Assembly: GCA_049999805.1 (NCBI GenBank)
Contig: JBNGIO010006191.1
Coordinates: 234,578 to 298,577 of the forward strand
Source of the DNA: Folioceros fuciformis
Taxonomy: Eukaryota
DNA length: 64,000 nucleotides
Direction: 5' to 3'
Shown piece by piece: positions 47,960-60,243 of the stretch. A model generated the notes under the pieces. That model did not search any database and was not told the origin of the DNA. It was given only the letters and a program-made list of their open reading frames with translations. The translations under genes were made by a program, and so were the position numbers. Each line of letters opens with the position of its first letter. The first letter of the stretch is position 1.

Positions 47960-49920
47960 ATGGATCCAAGTTCATCCCAAAGTTTAGGGAATGTACAAGA
48001 TATTATGGATCAGACCACTTGGGAAGGGAGACATGCGTCATATATTGTACCTCCAAGATACTATTGTAATAACCATCAGTATGAAATTGCGAAGATGCGA
48101 GATAGAAACTTAGAAGAGGAGGATAACACAAATTCGATGTTCCAAGAAGACGAAGAGTGGAAGACATATTTGAACCTATCCCCTCCACTACTAAATGAAG
48201 AAGAGAATAACTCACAAATGAGTTCAATGCTATTGCCTCAATCCCCTTTTTCCTCCATCCTTGGTACTTTTGGGAAGACATGTACATGCACAATCTAAAG
48301 TCACTTCTTGCTTGTCATTATCTTGATGTCAATCTAACTATTGCTATTGATCTTTGTTTAGGACAAGCATATGATCGACTATATCACTGCAAGGAAGCAC
48401 ACTTAGAAGAATATAATTTAGAGTCCCCACTACCCAATGCTCACGAAACTTTTGAGGAGGGGGATCATGGTCAATTTGGAAATGCAATACTTGGAGATGC
48501 AGTCTACAATATAGCTATGTCATCAAGATGTCATGAAGAACTACTAACTTATGAGGATTGCAAAATGGATCTAGAGGAAATGTGCCCTATGAGTCCGCAA
48601 TCTTGTACAGGTATGTCATCAGGATGTAATGAAGAATTGCTAACTTATAAGGATTGCGGAGTAGATCTAGAGGAAATGTGCCCGGTGACTCCGCAAGCTT
48701 GTATGTCATTAGAATGTCATGAAGAATTGCTAACTTATAAGGATTGCAAAGTAGAGGTCGAGAAAATGTGCCCTATGAGTCTGCAAGCGGAACAAAGATG
48801 TATTGATGGTCTGGGAATGGGAGCTCCAAACATTGGAGAATCGCTACCAAGTACATCAAAAGGGACAAACTACAACAACAACAATGACCCTGAACTTTCT
48901 CCTCATAATGCATCACATGAAATGTCTCAAGACTTTATTATTGTTCAAATGCTATCTAAAATTATGAGCACTCTTGAAGCTTATGCCTTGCTTGGATATT
49001 CCATGAAAAATAATGAAGGAGATGCTTTAAAGCAAGGTCCAACAAAGGACGACCTTGAAAACATGGTAAATGTTGGGCAAGCAAGAGTTGGTCGGTCATC
49101 CCGATCCAAAACTCATTTTCATGGGGTAACACAACACAAAAAGACAAAAAATTATGATGGCCGAATTTGGATTAGCGACAAGCAAATGGCAACTGATCTG
49201 ATCGAAAAACATACGACTAATGCACACATGCAAGGTACCAATGCTGGTGTAGAGATGAATATGGTAGATCCCAAGGGAAAACATGTTGCTGAATTAGACG
49301 CTCAAACAAATGTGGATGACAAACCTATGAATGTTAAGTCACCCACTAGGAGCATCAAAAGAGAAAGAAAAGGCAAACAAATTTTTCTAGGAGGGTCCAG
49401 GAACAATCCAACGTGGGTTGCACAACAAGTGGATAGAATGAAGCTTAAAATGCACCTTTGTGGGCAGTCATCAAAATCTGCAATAGACTTCAATTTTCCA
49501 CCAGTAACATACCTGGATGATATGTGTCACCCAGATGTGCGAGCCATTACTAATTGGATGGACTATCGATCTTATCTATTGTCACAGGATACAGACATCT
49601 TTCTTAAAAACAAGAGAAAGGTAGAAGGACATATCGGTGTGTACACCAAAGTCAATGAAGCACAAACTTTCTATTATGCTTACTTTCCAATGGAGGATAA
49701 GAATGGGAAGAAAGAGCAAATTGGAAAGTTTAGAACAAGTTTCGAGGCAGCTGTAGCTTACGACTGTAACATCATAGATCGAGGATTTTTCATGGATAGG
49801 AGGGCTTTTTTAAGGCATTTGAACTTTCCACTCAGAAACTATCCAAGAGAGATAGAGAAATTCGTCACCCTAAAGCTAGAGGGAAAGTGTCCTCTACCCA
49901 CTTACGAGGTAGAGGATTAA
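47960..49920 (+). CDS. Highly divergent double-AP2 (ANT/WRI-like) protein, 2 exons, about 620 aa
   Basis: Exons 47960-48263 and 48362-49920 are joined by a phase-1 GT-AG intron containing a ctaac branch motif. R1: HFHGVTQH...RIW...RKGKQIFLGG...NFP; R2: HIGVY...IGKFRTSFEAAVAYD...LNFP. Confidence 0.72.
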
Positions 49921-50397
49921 TCTGTGTCTCTGATGTAATCTTGTGTATATATTACACAGACATAACTTTAGAGGATAGAAAGTTCTCATAACTAATACAC
50001 TAGACTTTTGGACATTAGCTCTTTATCTTTACTTGTCTTTAATTAGCAGCTTCATAATTTGTACTACTTGTATTTTGGTTCCAATGAAAGAGCCCTATAT
50101 TTTAACTTCAAAGATTGGAGGAACAACTCAAGCAGACCAAAGACCAAAAGCAAAAACATGGCTAAAAATATATATATATATCTAAGCGTCTTAAAAAAAT
50201 GGTCTAAGGGTCTCTTTCGGAGATTCTGTGTCAAATGATATTTACAGAATGCCCTAAGTTCGAGCTATGTTTAATTTTTTATGTGAGAAAACGATGGCGG
50301 GAACGTTACGAAGCAGACACTGAAGGAGAAGTTCGCAGACGTGCCAGTAGATTGTGTTGAACCCGCTGTCGTTGCAGTCCTCTCCCAAGACGTCAAG

Positions 50398-52618
50398 ATG
50401 CTGTGGGTGGATAAGTATCGTCCTATTAAGCTGGACAAGGTGCAGGTGCACGTTGATGAAGCGCAGCATCTGAAAAAATTGGTAAGCTGTGGAGCTTGGG
50501 AATTCTAACTGTCCAGCCCCGTCTTCGGGATTCTTCAGAAGAAGAAGAATCCTGCTGCGTTTCTGCAAGGGGAAGGGCAGGCGAAGCTCAACGATGTGGC
50601 GTAACTATTCAGCTTGGATTGCATTGCAGATTGCGGAAGGGGACTGTCCGCACCTACTGTTCTATGGGCCTTCAGGAGCTGGCAAGAAAACACTCATTAT
50701 GGCTTTGCTCAGGCAGATGTACGGCCCCAGTGCTGATAAGGTCTCGCGCGGCTCTTTCATGCATTGTCTTAGTCTGCAAGCACGTTGTTTTGGAGATCTA
50801 TGCATTGGCAGGTAGTACGTGAGCAGAAGTTTCACGGCTTGCGTCGGCGCGTGCAGGTGAAAGTGGAGAATAAAGGATGGAAAATTGAGGTACTGCAGTT
50901 TGGCCATAGCCTTACTGATGTGTTGTACATGTTCTTTTTCAATTTCGGGTGTGCCTTTGGCATGCTGTCTGATGAGTGCCTTTGGTTTGGTAAGGTTGGG
51001 GCGAGGAAAGTCGAAATTGAGTTGACAACTGTGTCCAGCAACTATCATGTAGAGCTGAATCCCAGCGATGCAGGCTTTCAAGATAGATATGTGGTTCAGG
51101 AGATTATCAAGGAGATGGCTAAAACCAAACCCATCGACAAAAGCTTCAAAGGTTATTGTGTTTGGTTTAGCTCTTTTCTGTACAGAACGTATGTATACTT
51201 CCATTTCTTGAATGTGCCGCAGTACTATTGCCATTCATGGTCACTTCGGGCATTTTGCTGAAACGTGACGTGTGAATGGCAGTCCTTGTCCTCAACGAGG
51301 TTGACAGACTTTCCAAGGAAGCTCAACACTCCCTTCGCCGGACAATGGAAAAGTATAGCTTCGCTTGCAGGTTGATTCTGTGCTGCAACAGCCCGTCCAA
51401 AGTCATTGAGGCTGTGAGGTCACGGTGCCTAAACATTCGCATCAGTGCACCCTCTGAGGCTGAGGTGAACCTTTTTCTTCTTACACAAAAGATGTATGAG
51501 TGTGTTATCACTTTATGATGAAAGGCCTCATTGTTAGCACCCTACGGCTTAAGAATTGTAGTCGCTGTAATTGTGATGGAATCTCTCAGTTACCACTCTT
51601 TGGTGCAGATTGTCAAGGTCCTGCAATTTGTAGCGAAGAAGGAGAATTTGATTCTTCCTGATGGTTTTGCTGCACGCATTGCTGCTGTTTCAAATAGAAA
51701 TCTTCGTCGGGCCATTCTTTCCCTTGAAGCTTCCAAAGTGCAGAGGTATGGATTTTATTTATCAAGATTCATCATCCAGTTAACTCCAGGCTCCGTCCTG
51801 TGGAGTGCTTCAAGTTGCTGTCCTATCAGTTTGGATTTACAGCCGTCTCTATGTCAGAACTTGAATTTGCCTCCCGTCGCTAAGGTTCTCAACCCATTTG
51901 CTTTAAAGATATCCGTTTACAGAAGATCAGGAGGTCCAAACAACGGACTGGGAGCTCTACGTGGCCCAGATTGCAAATGACATCATAACTGAGCAGAGCC
52001 CGAAAAGGTTTATGCTCCAGTGGTTTGTCATGTTTTTCGGTCTTCATGTGTGCATTTCTAGTTTCTCACTCTACATTTCACAGGTTGTTCACAGTGCGGG
52101 GAAAGCTCTACGACCTCCTCATCAACTGCATACCGCCTGAAGTTGTTCTCAAGGTGTGCTCAGCTTCAGTTCCCATTTCCTTCCTCCCAGTTCATGTTGG
52201 TAGCGTCTAAGATCAAGCATCACGCAGAGGCTGTTATTGGAGTTGATGAAGAAACTGGACTCTGAGCTCAAACATGAGGTCTGTCATTGGGCGGCTTACT
52301 ATGTAAGTACTTTGCATACGCGCAGCTTACGTAAGCCGTGCGGTCTGTTTAAGTTCGTTGACCAAAAGCTCATTTTCCTGACCTGTCTTGTGTTACCTAA
52401 CAGGAGCACCACATGCAGCTGGGCCAAAAGCCCATCTTCCACATCGAGGGTATGTCTGAAGTCTTTTGAAATTCTCTTGTTGTCATGATTTCTCAGTGCG
52501 GATCTGAGCCAGCCTGTGGCGACGCTTGGTGTTGAATGCTTGCGTCGGTGGTTGTGCAGCTTTTGTGGCCAAGTTCATGAGTATCTACAAGCGTTTCCTT
52601 ATTTCAACCCTCGGGTAG
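50398..52618 (+). CDS. RFC3: Replication factor C 38-kDa subunit (human RFC3 / yeast Rfc5 type), multi-exon
   Basis: MLWVDKYRP, PHLLFYGPSGAGKKT, NPSDAGFQDRYVVQEIIKEMA, VLNEVDRLSKEAQHSLRRTMEKY, AVRSRCL, RNLRRAIL, FHIEAFVAKFMSIYK. Confidence 0.95.
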
Positions 52619-53124
52619 ATTGTCGTGACAGAGTGTGCATCGCATGGATACCAGCTGGACGCAACCAATCAAGCACTTGTCATTACATGTGCTGTACAGA
52701 TCATCTCTTAGTACCCAACGTGAAGTTTCGATTGTTGCTAGAGTACCCTGTGGATCATGGCTCCCTTCCTCCGTTCTATTTTCTTAGTCGCAGCCGGTGA
52801 TTACGTAAGTAAGAAACATCCGTTAGTGTGCCATGTTAGGAGGGGGCAGGAGTTGGAGGTGTCGGCACCGTTTGTTCAGTCTCCTTCGCGCACGGTTCTC
52901 CTGAGCATAAGTTTGTTCGTCTGCAACTTTGGTGGCTGCTAGGTGTCGGCACTGTCATTGATCTGGTTGGCGCACGCGACTCCTGAGCAGTAGGTAAAGC
53001 TTTTACAGCCCTGTTGCTTCTTTGCCGCAACAGGGCTTGACCCACTGGACAGGAGACGGCGGTGGCATCGGGGATTGCGAAAGCAAGAATGTTTGCAGTG
53101 CTGCAACAGCAGTCAGTGGTCATG

Positions 53125-54378
53125 TCAGGGTTCCACCAGCCTCTGTGCCCACTCACCACCGAACGGCACTCGGATCCTTCCTCCCCACTCAACTTCAAAC
53201 AAAGTCTCAATAGTTCCACCGAACATCCACTGTAGCTCTTCCTTGCTGAACTGCTCCTCCGCAGCAGACAAAATGGCCCACGCCTTGCCATAGCCACACG
53301 CCGGTTCCACGAACGGGAAGTCGGTGCCCCACATTACCCTCTGCGCTCCGAAGACATCCAAAAGCTTCCGCAACAGCGGCCATGTGTCACGATACGGAAA
53401 CTCATCCCTGGAAACCCTAAAGAAGGCGCTTGCTTTGACGCAGATTTGCGGAAACCTAGCGAGGCCAAGGAGTCGGTTCCAGGCCTCCTCCTCCGCGGTG
53501 TCCGAGGGAGGCTTGCAGAAACCTAGATGATCCAGCAGCACAGGCGTGGCAGGGAACTGCGAACATAGCTCCTCAATCTCGTCCACATGCAGCATAAGCC
53601 CCTTGAAGCACATGAAGCCGACAGGGATTCCCAGCTCCCCCGCCTTAGCGAAGAGCGCCTTTCCCACGGCGTCGGTCATCTTACGGCCCTCCGGCCACAG
53701 GTAAGGATTGAACCTGACGGCCCGGAATCCGTCCTCCTCCACCAGCCGCTGCAGCTCCTCGACTCCGACCAACCCCCTCGTGGGATCCGCCAGGCAGCAG
53801 CCGACCAGCGTCTGTGGGTATCGCCGCAAGACGGCGGCCAAATAGGAGTGGTCGAAGCCGTGGTTGATCGGCTGCACCACCAACGCCCCATCCACCCCCG
53901 CGACCGCCATTGCCGCCAGCAGCACGTCCACTCCCGCCGCGATGGTCGGCTCCTGCCCCGGCGCGTAGGGGAAGCGCGCAGACTCTTCCGGGGGAGCCCA
54001 GACGTGCACATGCGCGTCGATTTTTCTGGCGTTCGGTAGAGCCGGAGGCCCTTTCATGGCTCCCTTCCCCCGCCCCCGCCTGAGAAAGAACAGTGCAGCA
54101 CCAGCGAACAGCGCCAGCAGCAGCCGCGCCGGCAGCGGGTCCTTGGTGAAGCGCAGCGGCTGTAGCTCCTTCCCGGACCGATTGGCGAATCCCGGTGGCT
54201 CTGCCTGCGACTCGGATCCGGCTCCTCCTTCCTGCTGCAATGCTGCAATCACATTTAGCCGCCTACAGGTCAGAATGCTACTCGTCCAGCGTCTCGCCTG
54301 GTGCTGTTCTCGGACTGAGAAGCACGACGGGAGGAACAACGACTGCCGCCTGATCGCGAAGTGCGTCACTAGTGCCAT
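53125..54378 (-). CDS. Amidohydrolase_2 family protein with transit-peptide-like N-terminus, intronless
   Basis: ATG 54378 MALVTHFAIRRQSLF; IDAHVHVW, ALVVQPINHGFDHSY, AVRFNPYLW, VLLDHLG, VKASAFFRVS, FGAQRVMWGTDFP. Confidence 0.88.
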   Translation of the reverse strand: MALVTHFAIRRQSLFLPSCFSVREQHQARRWTSSILTCRRLNVIAALQQEGGAGSESQAEPPGFANRSGKELQPLRFTKDPLPARLLLALFAGAALFFLRRGRGKGAMKGPPALPNARKIDAHVHVWAPPEESARFPYAPGQEPTIAAGVDVLLAAMAVAGVDGALVVQPINHGFDHSYLAAVLRRYPQTLVGCCLADPTRGLVGVEELQRLVEEDGFRAVRFNPYLWPEGRKMTDAVGKALFAKAGELGIPVGFMCFKGLMLHVDEIEELCSQFPATPVLLDHLGFCKPPSDTAEEEAWNRLLGLARFPQICVKASAFFRVSRDEFPYRDTWPLLRKLLDVFGAQRVMWGTDFPFVEPACGYGKAWAILSAAEEQFSKEELQWMFGGTIETLFEVEWGGRIRVPFGGEWAQRLVEP

Positions 54379-54949
54379 TTTCACCCCTCGGTCGTTTCCC
54401 TTCCACGAGTCCCACGTCTTGGAACTTGAATATGTACTGTATATAGCTATCAGGCTATTAACCTTACAAAATGAAGAGGACGGTGCATCAAGCAAGCAGT
54501 GGCACGAGGAAGAAGCACATCGAGTGCTTGGCCAGCTCTCGGATCGTGGGCCCCACTGCGTAGTGCTGTGTGCACATCGACATACCAGGCCTACATCTAT
54601 GTACAAACGTATATTCCAAGTTATGTTCCAACGCCTTTCAACAAGAGAGAACCGAAGACATCACATGGGAGGTGCTTTTTAAGTATTAGAGCTTTTTGAT
54701 CTAGTCACTTGGAGGTCACTTTGACTCTCTTTCGATCTAGGTTAGACTTAGCTAAGATGGATAAGTAAGTTTTTTTCAAAAGAAAGTCAGATTATGGCAA
54801 TAGATTGCTGCTATAAGAGTACACTAGAAGAGAGCATGAAGCTTGAGTTAGTTGACAAAATCAAGACCCTCTCTACATCGTGAGGAAGAAGAGTGATTAT
54901 TTGCCTCTTCCATAATTACTAGAAGATATAACGGAGAGGGAGAAGCCTA

Positions 54950-56130
54950 ACCTCTCCATGGGAATGAGCAAATCCACTGAATGTTTGTCTTGTGGCTTTA
55001 GAATACTGACAAGCCTCCCATTCATTTACTTAAACTTTCGTTTTGGGGAGTAACAAGTCACAGACCTTCAAGAGGTGAGTCCATATAATCCACAATACGG
55101 CGTTGGTGGACTCTAGTGCTTTCCCTCCATTGACCACTATTGTCAAATTAAGCCATAAACCATAGAGGTAGGAGCTCCACAACAAACCCCACCACTGATA
55201 TCTGAACAATGACTTGCATGATGCTTCATCCAAGCCAAATAAGGCTACTTGCTCCATGACCACAATATTAGTTGCTTGAAAGACACTTTGCAGCCATCTC
55301 CCAACCTCCACCCAAATCACTTGAGTGTAATTACTCCAAAAAAAAACAAATGTTGGCTCTTGTGGGGTGGGTTGTTTGGGCACATCCTACAAAATTCCAA
55401 CATAATCGGCAACTCAAGGAAGGCGATGGTCACCAAACATAATTTCTCCCCTAACATTAGGCCATTCCTCCCCACCACCAGGCCATCTCACGGATTAGCA
55501 TTCAACAAACATGCTCGGATGGAACACCATATCGTAATCTTGGTAATCTTGACCTTGGAGGGATTTGACAAACATGCTTGGAAGAAACACCATGTCGTAA
55601 TCTTGACCTTGGGGGAATTTCACAAACATGCTTGGAAGAAACACCATATCTTAATCCTAACCTTGGGGGATGCCAATGGTTAACAAGACGAGATTGATAG
55701 TAAAGAGTTGTCGATTGCTTAGTAGCCTTAGCCGTGGGGCCATTGACATTCAATTACTGTCTTTCTACGATCAGATCAACTAGTAATAGTTGTCTATAGT
55801 GTTGAACGTGGGGCACCCTTGATCTTTTTTGGGCCGCCTAGGTCATCCGAGGAAGTCAAGCATAAAGGTCAACTCCTAATTCTCCACTAACCAACACCAA
55901 CACCAAAGCAAGGCTTCGCTTGAGGGAGGTTGCAGATTGCATTGCTCCTCCTGAGTGGACCATCGCCTTGCTTGAGTTGTTGTTGTAAGTACCCAGAGGT
56001 CGAAGTGCTCCTCAACAGACCTCCTCATCCTCTCTACCAAATCCTTCCAAGGAGCTGGTCCATGAAACAACTCTATAAGACCTCAATACCCACTCTGTCC
56101 AACAACTCGAGAAGACCTCAATACCCATTG
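54950..56130 (-). mobile_element. Degenerate L1-type LINE 3' region with internal ~54-bp tandem repeats
   Basis: PWKDLVERMRR and CRMC...FFWSNYTQVIW...WWGLLWSSYLYGLW resemble the post-RT and zinc-finger region of plant LINEs. The aaacatgct...accttggggg unit occurs three times at 55500-55670. Confidence 0.55.
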
Positions 56131-57535
56131 TTCACCATGAGTTGAAACATAGTATTTACGGTCTAACTTTGCGAGGGTCATCTATGGGCCTAGGACTTGC
56201 ATAACTAGCTCAACAAGTTATACGAACCCTAGGCTCATATGCTCTTTTATACCTTGGTGATAATGGAAAACATGACATCTCGCACTGCGTCGTGCTTGGC
56301 AATCCGTTGAGCCCCACCCAAACAACGAACAAGATGAGTACCAAGAGTTGTCTAGAGGAGTGCCTCACAACCACAAGAGGAGAGAGAATAAGAATGTTTA
56401 AGATAGTAATCTAAGAATTTTTCTTCCTTCTTCAAACAGCTCTTGCTCTTGAACTTGTGAGCTGACTATGTATGTACATTACATAGCTTTTTCGATCTTC
56501 AACTAACCAATGAAATCTGATCTACAAAACTTGCTACTTGCAAGTAAGACACCTCGGGCTCGGAAGGTAGACCTCACCCTTTCCTAGGTGACCTCAGCCT
56601 TCCAAGACGACCAACAAGCACAATATCTATTCTAATATTAAATAGCTCCATATATGTACATGTGTCACCCACTGCCACGTGGCCCGACATCCGTGCCTGT
56701 CTGATAAGACATGGCATGGCATGCTATTTCTACGCCGTCTTATGCGGCCTACTGCGTCAGCTGCCATCAGTCCACAGCAGGGACAATGTCCCACCAAGTT
56801 CGGAGTATGTGGGTCTCGTAGGTGCGTAGCGGCGATGTAGAAGAAACGGATCCATGGAGCCGAGCCAGCAATCCGTGGCTCGTGAGGTGTCGCCTGGCCC
56901 GAGGTAAGGAGCACAGCAGCGAAATAGCTGTCGATCTCCATCCGAGGACATCCAATGGGTCAGCTTGACTCCGTACCATTTACCAGGCTGACGACGTTTA
57001 ATGAAGCTGTGGGGCCTTTATTACCGGGAGGGCAAGTCGGGTACGACGAGGCCTCGCTTCGTGTCCAGAGCATCTGGCTGAGAAAATTGATGGCAGGGGG
57101 GCTTCTGGAAAGCGAGAGAATTGGCAGCGCGGTCACGGGTGACGGGCGTCAGTCGTGACACTCTGTGGGAGACGACGATCATGATTAGTGGAGGCGTGAA
57201 AACGAACAGCACGGAAGGAGTGAAATGGTGACACTCGAGGGGCGGACGAGAGCAGAGGAGAGTGGGGAGCATGGCCTGGGACAGACGAGAGGAGAGAACG
57301 TGGGCGGGAGATGAAAACAAAGGGATATCCATTGAAAAATGTGCAACAGGGGAATGGAGAATTATGGCCATGTCAGAAGCCGCTTATCCAGAGAAGGCAG
57401 CGAAAGACGAACGACAGGAAGGAAGGAAGGAAGATGAGTTGGGCCAGTGACAAGGCAGCACAGTTGTATGTAGATATGAAGGAAGGTTACCACAGACTTC
57501 AGTGTCCTGACGGGGCCGCTACAGGACACACAGCT

Positions 57536-57921
57536 GCCTTGCCTTGTGTTGCTTTGCTTTGCCTTGCCTTGCCTTGCCTTGCCTTTCCTTTCCTTTCCTA
57601 GCCCTGTCCTGACCACATTCCGACTGTCTCGCGTGCTTGTTGCAGCCTGCCCGCAGCGTTCCCCGCCTTACTTTCCTCCAGCCGACAAGACGCGCTAGCC
57701 GGGCGACCCTGTCCGACCCCGACTCCCTCTCCCTTTTCCTCTCTGCACTCTCCCTCTCCCTCCCCCACTCCCTCTCCTCCCTGACTGGACGACCTGCCCT
57801 GCCGCCTCCAGCTGCGGCTCCTCGGCTCTTGCCTGGGTCTGGTTCGTCCGCAGCAGAAGGGAAAGCAGCCCCCTGCCCAGCCCAGCCCAGCCCAGCCCAG
57901 CCCAGCCCAGCCCAGCCCAGC
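57536..57921. repeat. Pentanucleotide microsatellites (CCTTG)n and (CCCAG)n upstream of remorin
   Basis: Direct reading at 57536-57600 and 57875-57921. Confidence 0.9.
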
Positions 57922-57999
57922 CCCTCGCTTCCCCTTGGAGGCCCTGCATTGGCATGGTGAAACGGCTGCTGCTCCCACTGCACCTCCTCAGAGTTTCCG

Positions 58000-58494
58000 A
58001 TGCCTGAGGCGGGTGCGGGACTGGACGCCCCGGAGGCGGACGCCGGGGCGGCGGGGGAGTTCGATTTTAGGACTGCAGCTCGCTTCGCAGGGGAAGGAAA
58101 TACGATCGGGAACGGGGAGTGGTCGCCCTTGCACTCAAGAGCTCTGCCGGGGGCCGCCGGGAATGGAGCTCCTGGAGGGGATGCCAGGCTCAAGGCGCTC
58201 AAGGAAACGCAGAAGCAGCAGCAACAGCAGCAGCAGATGTGGAAGTGGCCTGTGTATCCTGGCACACCCGCCAGGAATTTCACGGCGTCGCAGTCGCAGC
58301 CGACCGCGGCGATGGCGGAGAAGCGGGCCTTCGGGGTGGAGGCGCTTCCTGGGACAAATGTGCCGCAGAGGTTCGGTACTGCGAAATTCAATATTGCCAT
58401 CGCGGTTAAGCCGCCTCGCTCCAAGTGGGACGACGCGGAGAAGTGGCTGGTGAACACCGGAGCCGGGGATTCCCCTGCGCATCCTCATCCGCAA

Positions 58495-58532
<38 letters not shown>

Positions 58533-59730
58533 ACATCAGCAGCAGCTGCACCAGCAGCAGCACCTACCGCAGCAAAGCAAGCATCTGCGGGCAAGAGGAG
58601 GAGGCTCGTCCTCGATTGCGGAGAGCTCGGATGGCGAAACAGGATCCTCCCGCGCGATGGAGTTCGTGTTTCCCACGGCGGGTGCCCCCGCTGCGGGGGC
58701 TGGAGCTGGGGCTGGGGCTGGAGCTGGGGCTGTCCAGGCGGCCACCTCTCCACCTCCCAGGCACAAGCAGCTTCTGCAGCAGCCGCCCCGACGGAACGCG
58801 GGGACGGGGATGTCCGGGAGGTTCTTCTCCGTAGACGATATACCGAGGAGGAGTGCGCGGCCGGCCTCGGAGCAGGAGGCGGAGGCGGAGGCGGGAGGTA
58901 GCACGGTGTGTGATACTGCGGAGGACGGGATCGGTAGCTCGATGGGAAGCGAGGCGTTCAAGGACAAATTCGCGGACCCCGTGGTGGAGCAGCAGCAGCC
59001 GCAGTCACCACAGGCTCAGGAAGGCCAGACTGTGGTGTCGCACCGGGACATGGGAACGCAAATGACTCCCATTCCCAGCCAGCGGGCGTCCAGATGTGCC
59101 ACACCGGGGCGGGCCAACTCGCCGTCCCGGCACAACACGCCGTCCCGGAGGTCCGCGTCGCTGGGATCCATCTGCTTGGACCTGATCGAGTTGCAGAGCT
59201 GTCATCTGGCCAAGCTGGAGCTGCGGCAGCTCTCGGAGGGCGTGGAGGGACCGGGGGCCGCCATGCTCGTTAATGGTCAGGGCACAGAGCACGGCAGCAG
59301 CAACTGGAGCACCAAGGAGGAGGAGGAGGCGGAGAGCAGCAAGCGACTGCGCCAGATCGACCTGGCCGAGGTGCGCAAGAGCGTGATCGAGGCCCGCACT
59401 GCGGCGTGGCAGGAGGCCGAGCAGGCAAAGTACCTGGCCAGGTTCAAGCGGGAGGAGGTGAAAATTCAGGCGTGGGAGAATCACAAGCGGGCACAGGCGG
59501 AAGCCGAGATGAAGCGCATCGAGGTGAAGCTGGAGAAGATGCGGTCCCATGCCAACGAGAAGGCCATGAACAGGCTCGTGTCCGCCCACAGAAAAGCCGA
59601 AGACATGCGCGCCATGGCTCAGGCCAAGCGTAGCGAGGCTGCTGCCAGAACCGTTGCTGGAGCCCAGCAAATTCGACAGACGGGCCGCATCCCGCATCGC
59701 CCTTCCTGCTTCTCCTCCTGTGCGTCCTGA
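58000..59730 (+). CDS. Remorin (long N-terminus, group 6-like), intronless, with polyQ tracts
   Basis: SKWDDAEKWL, RDMGTQMTP, SPSRHNTP; Remorin_C AAWQEAEQAKYLARFKREEVKIQAWENH...KLEKMRS; Cys-containing tail PSCFSSCAS. Confidence 0.92.
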
Positions 59731-60243
59731 TCCTCTCCTGTGAAGTCTCCTTAACCCTTCGACCTCTTGTGAGTCCTGATACACTCTCCTCTGATGTTTT
59801 CTTAACCCTGCTGCCTACTTACTACCTGGGTTTTCTTTTCTGCTCAAGGATTGTTAGCAACTTTTCTGAAGTACATGAACCCTTCTGGTGCTGGCTGATT
59901 TTCCGCTCAAGGCTTTGCTGCTTTACTCATTTACTCGGCTTCAGTTGCTTGATGGCCGTAAATGCCCCAAGGAAAGCACGTCACAGAGCTGCGGACCTAT
60001 GCTTACCCAAAAGCTATTTTAGAAGCTCGTAGAGTTTACGAGCTTCTAACCTGTCCAAAGCGTGCTTGCACGCATTTGCCCTAATTACTGCGTAGGCTAC
60101 TTACAGCAGGGCATACTGGAGTTCCGCCTCCACTTCAAAACTGAGCTAGTCTTTTCGCGCCTTGTTGCACTGGATGACTTCGCTGCCTAGGATAGGAATC
60201 CTGACATACTACTTCCCTCCGCAGCTCTGGCCGGTACTTCTTG

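Noticed and set aside
54379-54606. Upstream extension of the amidohydrolase ORF to 493 aa
   Set aside because: The frame is open from 54606 but the added residues look like UTR/promoter translation; ATG 54378 gives a better transit-peptide start. Not fully excluded.
57519-59784. Long antisense and alternate-frame ORFs over remorin (312, 259 and 172 aa)
   Set aside because: Shadow ORFs of GC-rich coding sequence and microsatellites; no domain content.
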